This document shows positions 62,475-64,000 of a stretch of DNA of 64,000 nucleotides, one piece after another. Where the stretch lies: positions 1 through 64,000 of the forward strand of contig JAHHIM010000021.1 of assembly GCA_019358915.1 (NCBI GenBank), given 5' to 3'. The notes under the pieces are model-generated. The model worked only from the letters and a program-made list of their open reading frames with translations. It was not told the DNA's origin and searched no databases. The translations under genes and the position numbers were made by a program. The number at the start of each line of letters is the position of its first letter. The first letter of the stretch is position 1. Origin of the DNA: Trichormus sp. ATA11-4-KO1. GTDB lineage: Bacteria > Cyanobacteriota > Cyanobacteriia > Cyanobacteriales > Nostocaceae.

Positions 62475-63299
62475 ATGAATAGCCAAACTCGCAAAATTTG
62501 CAAATATCTTGGGTTATTTGGTGCTATTAGCGGCGGATTACTAATTAGTACACCAGCAATTTCTCAAACGTCAAGAGCACCACAACCTACTTCCCAGGTT
62601 AACCCTTGCCCTAGTATTTACTACGAAGAACCACACAATAATCGGGTTGTAGTACCCCAGGGATGTCCTCCCAATGCGCTTACCAGACAACTAGAGATTC
62701 AAGGACTTCTTCCTACTCCTACTGTTCCTGCTACACCAACACCTGATCAGAGGCTGGGTATTGGTGGTGAAGCACCTGGTTCTGGCACTCCTGGACTCAA
62801 TCCTTGCCCTCGTATTTATTACGAAGAACCTTTCAACACTAGAAATGTAGTGCCTCAAGGATGTCCACCGAATGCTATTACCCAACAACTACAAGCACAA
62901 GGAATTCCTCCTACTCAAGCTGCGCCAGCACGTCCACCAGTTACCGGGATTCAACCACCTCTACCAGAACAACAACAAGCACCTAGCACTAAAATTGCTT
63001 TAGCTAATGGTAGAGTGAACGTCAGACTGGTCAATGAAACTGGAGCTAATATAACTTATGAAGTGATTGGTGATACACCACCGCGATCGCTCAAAGGTCA
63101 GTCAGATGAAATGCTGCAAGGTTTAAGTGCGCCAGTAACAATGACATTCTTTCGTGAAGATGGCGGCTTGCTGCAAGTAACTTCCCAGCCTGCTGCGGAA
63201 CCAGGAATGTTAGAGGTCAGGTTGGATGAAACAACTGATGTAGGTCAGGATAAAAATACAGTGCGGATTCAAGATGACGGTACAGTATTTTTGAATTAA
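62475..63299 (+). CDS. Secreted Pro/Gln-rich hypothetical protein with a duplicated Cys motif
   Basis: Signal peptide; NPCP.IYYEEP.N.R.VVPQGCPPNA occurs twice; AGGAG upstream. Confidence 0.75.
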   Translation: MNSQTRKICKYLGLFGAISGGLLISTPAISQTSRAPQPTSQVNPCPSIYYEEPHNNRVVVPQGCPPNALTRQLEIQGLLPTPTVPATPTPDQRLGIGGEAPGSGTPGLNPCPRIYYEEPFNTRNVVPQGCPPNAITQQLQAQGIPPTQAAPARPPVTGIQPPLPEQQQAPSTKIALANGRVNVRLVNETGANITYEVIGDTPPRSLKGQSDEMLQGLSAPVTMTFFREDGGLLQVTSQPAAEPGMLEVRLDETTDVGQDKNTVRIQDDGTVFLN

Positions 63300-63438
63300 T
63301 GTAAAAAAATTACTCCAACCTCTTCTCCCAAGTTAAGGCTAGGGTGTACACATAAGTCGGAAAACCTGATGCACATTGGCTGGAATCTGGTAGGGTACGT
63401 TATGGAGATTAGTCTATAACGCACCGACGGATGAAGAA

Positions 63439-64000
63439 TTACCGCTTCAGCATTTGAGTTAGTCTATCAATCAATAGCACTTCCTGCTTACTATCTGCGA
63501 GTGTTCGTGCCAGTATAATGGCTCTTTCATAAAAATTACGGGCAGTTGGGTAATTACCTAACTGTTCATAAAGTTGAGCATAAGACTCAAACGACTTTAA
63601 CTCTTCTCGGAGATTTTGTAATTCTTGTGCAAGTATTAAGCGCTGTTCCAGTAGATCAAAAGCACGTTGATAACGTCCTACTGTACTGTGCGCTGTAACT
63701 AAACCGTCAATTGCTCGTAATTGATTATGGCGATCGCGGTTAGTTTTAGCCATTCGCATAGCTGCCCCATAACTACCAATTGTATCTGGATAATTGCCCG
63801 CAGCTAAATAGGCATCACCCAAATTATTGAGGGTATTGGCCTCACCCAGGACATTACCAGTTTGACGGCGGAAACTTAAAGCAGTTTCATAAAGTTTAAT
63901 TGCCTTGTTGTAATCTCCCAGCCTAGCAGCTACCAAACCCAAATTACTCAAAGATAATCCTTCACCTTCAATATTTTTCACATGACGAGCAATTGTGAGT
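63439..64000 (-). CDS. TPR protein, 3' part only (start lies beyond the window)
   Basis: EG..L.NLG.....LGDY.KA...YE.AL repeats; the frame runs to the window edge. Confidence 0.8.
   Translation of the reverse strand, partial: LTIARHVKNIEGEGLSLSNLGLVAARLGDYNKAIKLYETALSFRRQTGNVLGEANTLNNLGDAYLAAGNYPDTIGSYGAAMRMAKTNRDRHNQLRAIDGLVTAHSTVGRYQRAFDLLEQRLILAQELQNLREELKSFESYAQLYEQLGNYPTARNFYERAIILARTLADSKQEVLLIDRLTQMLKR

Overview
Chromosomal window from a filamentous cyanobacterium, most likely Nostocales. Evidence: very frequent HIP1 octamers GCGATCGC, 7-bp short tandem repeats, and hisB-fabI-ntcA synteny. Housekeeping genes: wecB, pilT, tpiA, folP, hisB, fabI, ntcA, yqgF, pyrG, an amidase, def and ppk1. 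Accessory elements: (1) a siderophore-uptake island at about 8.6-17.3 kb (AraC regulator, TonB-dependent receptor, binding lipoprotein, ABC exporter) with three single-base frameshifts, a REP-flanked DUF559 endonuclease cassette, and an Rpn nuclease followed by a stand-alone copy of its own C-terminal module; (2) a split set of HMA2-type and DUF5132 genes resembling ferrosome (fez) accessory genes, with no P-type ATPase in the window; (3) a PD-(D/E)XK nuclease-TPR fusion; (4) a complete-looking chaperone-usher fimbrial operon at 49.6-55.1 kb, preceded by a PPC/ELWxxDGT repeat protein; (5) a hicB-hicA pair whose toxin appears internally deleted. No rRNA, tRNA or CRISPR array was seen. All family calls come from motif recognition by eye; no searches were run.
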